Assembly: GCA_039586815.1 (NCBI GenBank)
Contig: JBDHJR010000006.1
Location: 26,455 to 90,454 of the forward strand
Direction: 5' to 3'
DNA: 64,000 bases
DNA from: Gemmatimonadota bacterium
GTDB lineage: Bacteria; Gemmatimonadota; Gemmatimonadetes; Gemmatimonadales; GWC2-71-9
A program made the position numbers and the translations under genes. Below are positions 9,585 to 19,761 of the stretch, piece after piece. How positions within the stretch are numbered: position 1 is the stretch's first letter; every line of letters begins with the position of its first letter. Below the pieces are notes generated by a model. The model saw only the letters and a program-made list of their open reading frames with translations. It had not been told where the DNA came from and did not search any database.

Positions 9585-9611
9585 TGCAACCATCCGCGGC
9601 GCTCCTGCGTA
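9585..9611 (+). promoter_or_regulatory. Putative autoregulatory ECF (SigW-type) promoter TGCAAC-N17-CGTA
   Basis: Motif lies 15 nt upstream of the ECF sigma ATG; close to B. subtilis SigW consensus TGAAAC-N16-CGTA. Confidence 0.6.
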
Positions 9612-9626
9612 GAGCATTAGGCACCA

Positions 9627-10229
9627 ATGCACTATTCCCCTGACCTCTCCACAGCCACCGACCAGCAGGTGGTGGAGTGGGCGACGGACGGCGCCGAGGC
9701 CGCTTACCGTGAGCTGCTGCGCCGCTACCAGCGCCCCGTGTTCTCGCTCATCTACCGCATGGTGCGCGACCGGGAGCTGGCGGAGGACCTCACGCAGGAG
9801 ACCTTCGTCAAGGTCCTGAACGCGATCGACCGCTATCGCCCCGAGTACAAGTTCTCCTCCTGGATCTTCAAGATCGCCAACAACGCCGCGATAGATCACC
9901 TGCGGCGCAAGGAGCTGGACACCCTCTCGCTGGAGGGCCGGCCCGACGCGACAACGCCAGACCGGGTGGAGGCAACGGCGCTGCAGCTGGGCGATGGATC
10001 GGAGTCACCGTTGGATGAACTGGAGGCCCGTGAGCTGGGCACGCAGATCGAGCATGCGATCGGGCGGCTCAGACCGGAGTACCGCGCCTGTATCATCATG
10101 CGACATGTGGAGGGGCGTCCCTACGACGAGATAGCCGAGACCCTCGATCTGCCGCTGGGTACGGTGAAGACGTACATCCACCGCGCCCGGGCCGAGCTGA
10201 AAGAGACGCTGGCCCCCCTGAAAGAGTGA
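9627..10229 (+). CDS. ECF RNA polymerase sigma factor (SigW/RpoE-like)
   Basis: AEDLTQETFVK, FSSWIFKIANN, YDEIAETLDLPLGTVKTYIHRAR. Confidence 0.95.
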   Translation: MHYSPDLSTATDQQVVEWATDGAEAAYRELLRRYQRPVFSLIYRMVRDRELAEDLTQETFVKVLNAIDRYRPEYKFSSWIFKIANNAAIDHLRRKELDTLSLEGRPDATTPDRVEATALQLGDGSESPLDELEARELGTQIEHAIGRLRPEYRACIIMRHVEGRPYDEIAETLDLPLGTVKTYIHRARAELKETLAPLKE

Positions 10230-10252
10230 AACCAGGGCCCTGCGGGTCCGTA
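10227..10252 (+). promoter_or_regulatory. Internal ECF promoter, exact TGAAAC-N16-CGTA
   Basis: TGAAAC at 10227-10232 (includes the sigma stop codon), CGTA at 10249-10252. Confidence 0.65.
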
Positions 10253-10264
10253 AGGGAGAGTGAG

Positions 10265-10771
10265 ATGAACGATCGCGAGATGAGCGAACTGACGCCAGCA
10301 CAAGAGGATCCGGCAATCCACCGGATGCTCTCCACGCTGACGGCCTGGACACCCGGACCGGGGTTCGACAGCCGGGTGCTGGCCCGCGTGTGGCGGCCGC
10401 ACCCGCTGTGGCTGCGGCGCGCGGAGGCGTACTGGGGTGAGCTCGTCGAGACGGGCCAGGTCTGGCTGATCGCCGGAGCCTTCGCGCTGGGAAGCCTGAT
10501 CCCCGTCATCGCCCTCACTGCCCTGGTCTCCGCCCACATGGCCGAGATCTGGACGTTCTTGGATTGGCTCGTGGCCGAGGGCATCCCGGTGGCCTGGATG
10601 GCGACTTTGGCGTTCCTCTCGGGAGTTGTTTCAACTGTGAACACCGTGGCGAGCGCGCTGCTCCCCAACGCCCGAGCCCTGACGCTCGCGGTCGTTGCTT
10701 ACCTGGTGCTCCTCGCCGGCTGCGCGGGGGGCCTGTACCGCACCATGAGTGCTCCGAGTGCTACGAGGTAG
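10265..10771 (+). CDS. Probable membrane-bound anti-sigma factor
   Basis: Directly follows the ECF sigma; PGPGFDSRVLARV followed by about 3 TM helices; start ambiguous (10226/10265/10280). Confidence 0.6.
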   Translation: MNDREMSELTPAQEDPAIHRMLSTLTAWTPGPGFDSRVLARVWRPHPLWLRRAEAYWGELVETGQVWLIAGAFALGSLIPVIALTALVSAHMAEIWTFLDWLVAEGIPVAWMATLAFLSGVVSTVNTVASALLPNARALTLAVVAYLVLLAGCAGGLYRTMSAPSATR

Positions 10772-10778
10772 TCGCCCC

Positions 10779-12005
10779 ATGACACGCATTGGTCGCTGGA
10801 TAGTCGTGTTGCTCTTCATCGCTGCCCCCGCGCTTGGGGCGCAGGAGGTGGTGGGACACTCCTCGACTCGCTCGGACGAGGCGGTCACTCTCAACTTCGA
10901 GCTCGCAGGCGGAGAGACCCTCACCTTCACACTCATTCACGGTCGCCTCCTGCTGGACGGCGAGGAGGTGGGACGCTACGAGCGGGGCGGCGCCTTCGAG
11001 CAGGCGGTGCGCGAGGCCGTGGCACGGTCACGCGCCCAGGAGACCGAGGGCCTGCTGGCAGAGCTTCAGGGCATCGAGACCGAGGAGCTCACCAGGGCCG
11101 AGGAATTGTCCTACGAGGTGATGACGGAGGTCGTGGCAGCCCTGAGCATGGTCGAAGCGATGCTGCCGGAGCTGGCGGCCATCGAAATCGACACCGGGAG
11201 CGAGCACGCCGAAGCCGTTGTCGCGCCCTCAGGGGTCACCATCGTGACGGCTCCGAGCGTGGGCGTCGAGGTCCCGTTGGCACCGACCCCGCGTCAAATG
11301 CAGTACGACATGCGCTACGAGCTGATGCAGGAGAGCACCTCCTTCGTGGGCGGCGTCGTCGGCAACGCCATGAGCCTCGCGGCCACGTTCCTCTCCATGG
11401 CGTTCCTCGGGCTCGGCATGCTGTTCTTCGCCCCGAGGCAGCTCGAGACCGTGGCGGACACGGTGTGGAGCTCGTTCGGGCGCTCGTTCCTCACAGGGCT
11501 GTTCGCTCAGCCGCTCGTCCTACCGGTCTTCGGGATGATGATCGTGGGGCTGGCGCTCACCGTCGTCGGTATCGTAGTGATCCCGTTTGCGATCGCGGCG
11601 TTCGCGCTGGGACTGTTCCTGGCCGTGGTCGGTGGCTACGTGGCCGTGGCGCGCACGGTCGGTGAGATCTACCTGCGGCGCAAGATGGCCCGGGGCGACG
11701 CGATCCAGACTTGGGGGACCTACCGCTACATCGTGTACGGGCTACTGGGTCTGATGTCGATCTGGCTCCCCGCCGTGTTGCTCGGGCGCGTGGCCGTGGC
11801 CGGACCGATCGCCGTTGTGAGCGCCGCGACGATCACCTGGGTGCTTGCCACCGCCGGGTTCGGCGCTGCGATCCTCACGCGGGGCGGCGTGCGGGGAACG
11901 TTTGTGCGGCGCCTCGACCTGGCGCTCACCGACGAGCAGTTCTGGACCCCCGATTCGGTGTCGTCGGCCCGCAGTCGCGGGCGCGTGCCGCGCACGGGTT
12001 CATGA
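10779..12005 (+). CDS. Exported-domain multi-TM membrane protein of the ECF operon
   Basis: Signal peptide (...PALGA-Q), acidic domain, then about 5-6 TM helices. Confidence 0.75.
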   Translation: MTRIGRWIVVLLFIAAPALGAQEVVGHSSTRSDEAVTLNFELAGGETLTFTLIHGRLLLDGEEVGRYERGGAFEQAVREAVARSRAQETEGLLAELQGIETEELTRAEELSYEVMTEVVAALSMVEAMLPELAAIEIDTGSEHAEAVVAPSGVTIVTAPSVGVEVPLAPTPRQMQYDMRYELMQESTSFVGGVVGNAMSLAATFLSMAFLGLGMLFFAPRQLETVADTVWSSFGRSFLTGLFAQPLVLPVFGMMIVGLALTVVGIVVIPFAIAAFALGLFLAVVGGYVAVARTVGEIYLRRKMARGDAIQTWGTYRYIVYGLLGLMSIWLPAVLLGRVAVAGPIAVVSAATITWVLATAGFGAAILTRGGVRGTFVRRLDLALTDEQFWTPDSVSSARSRGRVPRTGS

Positions 12006-12871
12006 ACTTCCGCCGCCTGGTCCCGGCCACCGCTGTAGGAGCGCTGCTGCTCCTGCCAAGCGACATCGCCGCGCAGACCTGGCAGTCGGCTTCCGCTTCG
12101 CGCCGCGTGCAGGGCGAAGAGCGACTGCGGGTGGAAGTAGAGTTCGCGGTCGGCACGTTCCGCCTGCGTCCCGCCGCAGGAAACACACTGTACCAGGCGG
12201 ACATTCTGTACGATGCCGAGTACTTCGAGCCGCGCATCGAGTACAATGCCCGGCGTGGCCGGCTCGACCTGGGCGTCATCCCCGAGGTCGAGAGCGGCCT
12301 GGACCTGGACTACGAAGATACCGACCAGCACCTCACGGTCGAGCTGTCCCGCTCGGTGCCGACGATCCTGGACCTCAAGTTCGGCGCTGCGCGGGCGGAG
12401 ATCGAGCTGGGCGGGATACCGATCGAGCGCGCCGAGATCAAGACCGGCGCGAGCGAGAGCACGATATCGTTCGATCGCCCCAACCCCGTCGCGTGCACCA
12501 GGCTCGAGGTTGGCGCGGGCGCTGCCGACTTCACCATCGAGAAACTCGGCAACTCCCGCTGCCGGGTCATCGAGGTAGCCGGCGGGATCGGCGAGATCAC
12601 GCTGGACTTCACGGGTGAGTGGGCACCGGAGGTCGATACACGCGTGAAGATCGTGGCGGGGCTCGGCGAGGTGAACCTGATTCTGCCGATCGGCATCGGC
12701 GTCGAGGTGGACATTGACCGCCTGTTCGCCGGATTCGAGGAGTCGGGCTTCGACCAGCGTGGCTCCCGCTACTTCAGCTACGACTTCGACGGCGCTGCCC
12801 GCAAGATCCGCTTCGACATCAAGGCGGCACTGGGCGATGTGAACGTGGATTGGGTGGAGGCGGGCTACTAG
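12002..12871 (+). CDS. Secreted beta-rich protein, toast-rack/LiaF-like
   Basis: Signal peptide; repeated GA/GxG-E-hydrophobic beta units (FGAARAEIEL, GASESTISF, GIGEITLDF, GLGEVNLIL). Confidence 0.65.
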   Translation: MNFRRLVPATAVGALLLLPSDIAAQTWQSASASRRVQGEERLRVEVEFAVGTFRLRPAAGNTLYQADILYDAEYFEPRIEYNARRGRLDLGVIPEVESGLDLDYEDTDQHLTVELSRSVPTILDLKFGAARAEIELGGIPIERAEIKTGASESTISFDRPNPVACTRLEVGAGAADFTIEKLGNSRCRVIEVAGGIGEITLDFTGEWAPEVDTRVKIVAGLGEVNLILPIGIGVEVDIDRLFAGFEESGFDQRGSRYFSYDFDGAARKIRFDIKAALGDVNVDWVEAGY

Positions 12872-13644
12872 CTCCCCACTTCGCCACGCGCCTCGGTGGC
12901 GCCCAGCCATACTTCAGCTCCCACACCAACCCCTAGAGCCTGCGCCGCAGACCGCTCGCGCGCTGCGATCTCGACCGTACCACCAGACCCACCGAACGCC
13001 ACGAGAGCCCCCAGCTCGACATCGCGGAATGTCCTCCCCACGGGGGCGGTGAACTCCGCGCCGATCGTGACCAAGCCCCCTCCCTCGATGGCGGCAGCCG
13101 GGATGTTGGTGATCAGAGTGCCGAAGCGATCGACGTAGACGACCTCCCCCACCATGCGTCCCTGCTCCTCGCGGGGAGTGGGAGGCGGAGAGCTGATGGG
13201 ATCGGAAACGGCCGTACCCAGCGCCCCGAGTGCCTCTCCCAGGACGAGCCGCGCGGCGGCTGGGGCGAACACGTCGCGCCCATGGAACGTTGCCGAGGCT
13301 TCGTCGGAGACGGAGAGCTGAACCACGGTCGCAGCTTCGAGCACCGGGGTGAGCAGGCCGTTGTCCGGCGCCACGAAGTAGTGCCCCTCCGCAGCCGCCG
13401 CCAACGCCCGCCGCGCCGTGCCCACGCCCGGGTCGACCACCGCCAGGTGCACCGTTCCCGGCGGGTAGCGATGCCAGGTGCGCGCGAGCAGGTACTGACC
13501 GGCCACCACGCTACCGAGAGGAACGTCGTGGCTGATGTCGATCAGGGTGGCTGTGGGAGCCGCTGAGAGGATGACGCCCTTCACCTCGGCTACGTAGCTG
13601 TCGCTGCGGCCGAAATCGGTGAGGAGCGTGATGAGCTGCGGCAT
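12868..13644 (-). CDS. SAM hydroxide adenosyltransferase (DUF62 family)
   Basis: ITLLTDFG, VVDPGVGT, APDNGLL, TFHGRDVFAP, DRFGTLITN. Confidence 0.92.
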   Translation of the reverse strand: MPQLITLLTDFGRSDSYVAEVKGVILSAAPTATLIDISHDVPLGSVVAGQYLLARTWHRYPPGTVHLAVVDPGVGTARRALAAAAEGHYFVAPDNGLLTPVLEAATVVQLSVSDEASATFHGRDVFAPAAARLVLGEALGALGTAVSDPISSPPPTPREEQGRMVGEVVYVDRFGTLITNIPAAAIEGGGLVTIGAEFTAPVGRTFRDVELGALVAFGGSGGTVEIAARERSAAQALGVGVGAEVWLGATEARGEVGS

Positions 13645-13671
13645 CGAACCTCCGGATGCCGGTTGCGCCAC

Positions 13672-14781
13672 CTAGCCGGTTATGACGGGTAGCGAGATAC
13701 TCTTGCCGCCCGCCCGGTCGGCGACGGCCTTTGCGATCGTGGCCAGCGCCTTCCCCGCAGGGGACTCGGACTGCCCCACGACCACGAGCCTTCCCTCGTC
13801 CTGCTCCGCGGTCATCCCCGGCTGCAGGGGAATCTGCCCCAGGAGCGGCACTCCCAGCTCGTCGGCGAGGCGCTGCCCGCCTCCACCCGAGAACACGTCG
13901 CTGCTCTCGCCGCAGTGGGGGCACTCGAAGTAGCTCATGTTCTCCACCACACCGAGCACCGGCACGCCCACCCGCTCGAACATCTTGGCCCCGCGCAGCG
14001 CGTCGCCGGTGGCCATCTCCTGCGGCGTGGTGACGATGATCCCGCCCTTCATGAACACGGCCTGCGCCAGGGAGAGCTGTGCGTCGCCCGTCCCGGGCGG
14101 CAGGTCCACCAGGAAGTAGTCCAGCTCACCCCACTCCACGTCGCGCAGGAATTGATGGATGATCTTGGTGACGATGGGACCCCGCCAGATCGCAGGCATG
14201 TCACGCTCGACCAGGAACCCGAGGGAGATGAGCTTCACGCCGTACTTCTCGAGCGGCATGATGCGCTGGTCGCGCACCGGGGGACGCTCGTCGATCCCGA
14301 ACAGGCGCGGGATGTTGGGCCCGTAGATGTCGGCGTCCATGATCCCGACTCGGTGACCCTCGCGTGCGAGCTCTGCAGCGATGTTGGCGGCTACGGTGGA
14401 TTTCCCCACGCCTCCCTTGCCGCTGGAGACCGCTATGACCGAACCGAGTGCGGGAATCTCCACCGCTTCGGAGGGAGCGGCCGGTGCCGCCGCGGGTGCC
14501 GTCCCCTGAGGGGGAGCGGTGCGGTCGGCTTCACCAGAGCGTGGCTCGACCACCTCGATCTTCACTTCCGTCACGCCTTCCACTTCCTGCACGGCCTTGC
14601 GCGCTTCACGCACCAGGCCGCCCGGATCGTCCTGGGTGAGGAGGAAGGTGAGGGTGACGCGACCCTGCTCGTCGATGGCGAGGTCCTGCACCATCCCTGC
14701 AGAGATCACGTCGTTGTCAACGCGGGGATTGCGAATGTTGGTCAGCGCGCCCGCGACGAGCGCATCGAGTTTTCTGGACAT
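13672..14781 (-). CDS. mrp: Mrp/ApbC Fe-S cluster carrier ATPase
   Basis: GKGGVGKST, DADIYGP, WRGP, DLPPGTGD, ENMS..CPHC. Confidence 0.95.
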   Translation of the reverse strand: MSRKLDALVAGALTNIRNPRVDNDVISAGMVQDLAIDEQGRVTLTFLLTQDDPGGLVREARKAVQEVEGVTEVKIEVVEPRSGEADRTAPPQGTAPAAAPAAPSEAVEIPALGSVIAVSSGKGGVGKSTVAANIAAELAREGHRVGIMDADIYGPNIPRLFGIDERPPVRDQRIMPLEKYGVKLISLGFLVERDMPAIWRGPIVTKIIHQFLRDVEWGELDYFLVDLPPGTGDAQLSLAQAVFMKGGIIVTTPQEMATGDALRGAKMFERVGVPVLGVVENMSYFECPHCGESSDVFSGGGGQRLADELGVPLLGQIPLQPGMTAEQDEGRLVVVGQSESPAGKALATIAKAVADRAGGKSISLPVITG

Positions 14782-14805
14782 GGTCGAGGAATGATAGACG
14801 GGGCG

Positions 14806-15852
14806 TCAGGGCCGAGCAACCGACCGCGCAGCCTCCAGCACCCTGGCCTGCACCTCGTCGAGCGTGCCCTCGAGCGAGGCGCCGGCCGCCCTGCGGTGCC
14901 CGCCTCCGCCGAAGGACTCGGCCATCTTGGCCACATCAACGTCACCGACCGAGCGGAACGACACCTTGATGCGGCCGTTGGCGAGCTCGCGGAACAGGAT
15001 GGCCAGGTCCACGCCGCGCACCGCGCGCGCAAACTCCACAACGCCGTCCAGGTCCGACGCGTCTACGCCGTGCCGCTGCATGGCTCCCGGCGGCACCGTT
15101 ACCCACGCCAGCTGATGGCCGGGCTCGACCACCAGCGTCTCCAGCACCTCCCCCAGCAACCGGATCTTCCCTTCCGGCTCGGATGCATACACCTCGCGAT
15201 AGATCTGCTCCGCGCCCAAACCGCACTCCAACAGGTGGGCGGCCACCTGTAGGGTGCGCGGCGTGGTGTTGCTGAAGCGGAATCCCCCCGTGTCGGTCAG
15301 GATGGCGACATAGAGGGCGCGCGCCACTTGCGGTGTCAGCTCCCAGCGGGCCGAGCGCGCGAGATCGTATACCAGTTCGCCCGTGGCGCACGCCGCCGCA
15401 TCCACCAGTCGCGGGCCCGAAGGCAGGGTGCCGTCGCTCAAGTGATGGTCGATGCAAGCCACCGGGATCTTGGCCTTCGCCACCACACGGCTCAAGTGAC
15501 CCAGGCGGTCGAGATCGGCTATGTCCAGCACCACGATGGCGTCGGCCCGCTCAAGATACTTCACGCCCGATGGCGACTTGTCGGCGCCGGCAGCCTTGTC
15601 CAGCAGGAAGCCGAAGCGCTCGGGAAACGGGGTGGGGTTGGTTATCGCCGCACGGACGCCGCGCCGCGTGAGGAGGTGCCACAATGCAATCTCACTGCCC
15701 GCACCGTCGCCGTCGGCATTTACGTGGGTCATCAGCGCCACTCGCATCCCCGGCTCGAGCAGCTTGAGCACCTGCTTGGCCGCCCGGCGCCGTGCTTCGG
15801 GAACCGGGACCCCGCGTGAGGGAGATGGCTTGGACTTCTTTGCTGACGGCAT
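14806..15852 (-). CDS. nrnA: DHH/DHHA1 oligoribonuclease/pAp phosphatase
   Basis: HVNADGD, IDHH, TDTGGFRFS, GGGHRRAAG; start approximate. Confidence 0.88.
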   Translation of the reverse strand: MPSAKKSKPSPSRGVPVPEARRRAAKQVLKLLEPGMRVALMTHVNADGDGAGSEIALWHLLTRRGVRAAITNPTPFPERFGFLLDKAAGADKSPSGVKYLERADAIVVLDIADLDRLGHLSRVVAKAKIPVACIDHHLSDGTLPSGPRLVDAAACATGELVYDLARSARWELTPQVARALYVAILTDTGGFRFSNTTPRTLQVAAHLLECGLGAEQIYREVYASEPEGKIRLLGEVLETLVVEPGHQLAWVTVPPGAMQRHGVDASDLDGVVEFARAVRGVDLAILFRELANGRIKVSFRSVGDVDVAKMAESFGGGGHRRAAGASLEGTLDEVQARVLEAARSVARP

Positions 15853-15947
15853 CGCGCGTACCAATGTAACCAGCTTAGTCGCTCGGGTCTTGCCCTGCCA
15901 CCACCCGCGGGCCCATCTTGTGACCCTTCATCCACCAGAAGACGCGC

Positions 15948-17690
15948 ATGGAACTGCTCGAGAGAATCGTCACGACCGCTTCCGAGTTCATCTGGGACCG
16001 CGGTATCCCGTTCCGGGGCGAGGAGATCCCCTGGGTTGTCGTCGCACTCCTCGGCACCGGGATCTTCCTGACGGTGAGGCTGGGGTTCCTGCAACTGCGC
16101 AAGCTGGGCCACGGCTTCAAAGTCACCTCGGGCTACTACGACGACCCCGCTGAGCCGGGCGACGTCTCCCACTTCCAGGCGCTGACGACCGCGCTCTCCG
16201 CCACGGTTGGGATCGGCAACATCGCCGGCGTCGCGTTGGCCATCCACTGGGGCGGGCCGGGGGCGCTTTTCTGGATGTGGATGACGGCGCTGGTCGGGAT
16301 GGCCACCAAGTACTCCGAGGTCACCCTCGCACAGTACTACCGCACGGTCGAGAAGGTCGACGCCGACCCGCACAAGTGGGAGGGCTCGGTCTCCGGCGGG
16401 CCCATGTACTACATCGAGCGCGGACTGGGGCCGGCGTGGAGGCCGCTGGCGGTGTTCTTCGCGGTAATGCTGGGGACGACGGCGTTCCTCACGGGCAACG
16501 CCATCCAGGCCAATACGGTCGCCGACACGATGAACACCATCCTGGGGATCCCCGTGTGGATCACCGGATTGTTCACTGCGACCATCGTGGCAATGGTCAT
16601 CATCGGTGGTATCACGCGGATCGGCAGGGTGACCAGCATTCTCGCGCCGGCCATGGCCGCCATCTACGCGGCGGGCGCGCTGATCATCATCCTGGCCAAC
16701 GCCGGCGAGATCGCTCCCACGTTCGCGCTCATCTTCCGCGAGGCCTTCAACCCGACGGCCGGCGTTGCAGGCACCGGGGTGGGCGTGTTCCTGCTCACCA
16801 TGATGTGGGGAGTGAAGCGGGGGCTGTTCTCCAACGAGGCGGGCCAGGGCTCCGCGCCCATCGCCCACGCGGCTGCCAAGACCGATGAGCCCGTATCCGA
16901 GGGAGTGGTCGCGCTGGTGGAGCCGTTCATCGACACGATCGTGATCTGCACCATGACCGGCCTGGTGATCATCATGACGGGAGTATGGTCCGCGCGGATC
17001 CCCACGGAGATCACACTGGGCGGCGGCGACATCTCGTACGTGACGCAGCAGGAGAACGGCAACTACAACACAGTGCAGGACGGCGGCACAATCACGCTGG
17101 AGCAGGGTCGCCACGTGGACGCGGCCGGCGCGCAGGTGGCGTGGCACGAGGTGCCGGTCGAAGTGCTGTACGTGGATTCGGACCAGACACAGCCGTTCAC
17201 GGGAGTCATCAATGCGGACAGTGCCGTCGCGATTGCCTTGGACGGCACGACGCTCACGTCGCTCTACGGCGACGCCGCCGAGAGCGGTGCGCCACTCACG
17301 ATGATCGCCTTCGAGCGGGGATTACCGGGATCGTTCGGGCGCTACATCGTGGTGTTGAGCGTGTTGCTGTTCGCGGTCTCTACAGCGATTGCGTGGAGCT
17401 ACTACGGCGACCGCTGCGCCAACTACCTGTTCGGCCACTCGGCGGTGCTGCCCTACAAGTTCGCCTTCGTGAGCATGCACTTCGTGGGCTCCGTCCTGTC
17501 GCTCTCGGTGGCGTGGACGCTGGGCGACGTCTTCCTGGGGATCGTGATTCTGCCCAACCTGCTGGCGCTGCTGTTGCTGTCGCCCAAGGTGCTGGAGCTC
17601 ACCAAGAGCTACTTCAAGCGGACGCCCTGGGTAGCCAATCGCGAGGCGCGGCTCAGGTACCTCGAGGAGAGGAGAACGGGGAGGGGCTAG
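15948..17690 (+). CDS. Alanine/glycine:cation symporter (AGCS) with inserted loop domain
   Basis: TVGIGNIAGVA, GGPGALFWMW, GGPMYYI, RGLFSNEAGQGS, WSYYG. Confidence 0.95.
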   Translation: MELLERIVTTASEFIWDRGIPFRGEEIPWVVVALLGTGIFLTVRLGFLQLRKLGHGFKVTSGYYDDPAEPGDVSHFQALTTALSATVGIGNIAGVALAIHWGGPGALFWMWMTALVGMATKYSEVTLAQYYRTVEKVDADPHKWEGSVSGGPMYYIERGLGPAWRPLAVFFAVMLGTTAFLTGNAIQANTVADTMNTILGIPVWITGLFTATIVAMVIIGGITRIGRVTSILAPAMAAIYAAGALIIILANAGEIAPTFALIFREAFNPTAGVAGTGVGVFLLTMMWGVKRGLFSNEAGQGSAPIAHAAAKTDEPVSEGVVALVEPFIDTIVICTMTGLVIIMTGVWSARIPTEITLGGGDISYVTQQENGNYNTVQDGGTITLEQGRHVDAAGAQVAWHEVPVEVLYVDSDQTQPFTGVINADSAVAIALDGTTLTSLYGDAAESGAPLTMIAFERGLPGSFGRYIVVLSVLLFAVSTAIAWSYYGDRCANYLFGHSAVLPYKFAFVSMHFVGSVLSLSVAWTLGDVFLGIVILPNLLALLLLSPKVLELTKSYFKRTPWVANREARLRYLEERRTGRG

Positions 17691-17718
17691 AGCGGGAAAC
17701 GGGAAGGGGGAAGCGGGA
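17691..17718 (+). repeat. Degenerate heptamer tandem repeat (AARSGGG-like, about 4 copies)
   Basis: agcggg aaacggg aaggggg aagcggg; 17693-17705 is the perfect reverse complement of 17787-17799. Confidence 0.55.
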
Positions 17719-17755
17719 ACCGTACGACCGGCCACGTGCGAGCCGGAATGCAGAG

Positions 17756-17800
17756 CGCCGCGGAGCTGCCTTACACTCCGCGGCGTTTCCCGTTTCCCGT
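17756..17800. terminator. Putative terminator hairpin between convergent AGCS and guaB
   Basis: 10-bp stem CGCCGCGGAG/CTCCGCGGCG, 10-nt loop, followed by TTTCCCGTTT. Confidence 0.55.
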
Positions 17801-17822
17801 AGGTAGCGGGGCGGCAGGGCGG

Positions 17823-19391
<1,569 letters not shown>

Positions 19392-19751
19392 TCAAGCGTC
19401 CGTCTCGCCACCTCCCTCATCCTCATCGGACGCCGCTTCACCCTCCGGCTTCTTAGGCGCCTCGGGCGTCAGCTCGTCGGCCACGACCCGTCCGGCAGCG
19501 GCCAATCCCTCGATGACGCTGCTGGCGGCGTCCACCACCTGGGCCGTGCCCTTGGCCGCCACCTCTGACAGTCGGACGCTGCCGATCTTGTCCTCTATTC
19601 CCTCGGCGATGCGCTGCACGGCGGAAGGAGACCGCCGGCTGAGATTGTAGCGCGAGTCGAGGAACTCCATGTAGTCGAGCAACTGCCGGCCGATCTCGTC
19701 GGGGAGGTCGTCCAGCTTCCGCGTGATCTTCGACTTCAGATTCTCGTTCAT
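19392..19751 (-). CDS. Hypothetical helical protein
   Basis: MNENLKSKITRKLDDLPDEIGRQLLDYMEFL, normal codon usage, acidic tail. Confidence 0.7.
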   Translation of the reverse strand: MNENLKSKITRKLDDLPDEIGRQLLDYMEFLDSRYNLSRRSPSAVQRIAEGIEDKIGSVRLSEVAAKGTAQVVDAASSVIEGLAAAGRVVADELTPEAPKKPEGEAASDEDEGGGETDA

Positions 19752-19761
19752 GACTGCGACC

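Noticed and set aside
12868-13644. Fluorinase/chlorinase and halometabolite cluster
   Set aside because: Has the DUF62 hydrolase-type motifs and housekeeping context; no biosynthetic genes adjacent
15865-15947. Glycine riboswitch upstream of the AGCS transporter
   Set aside because: Intergenic space is too short and the aptamer motifs are not seen
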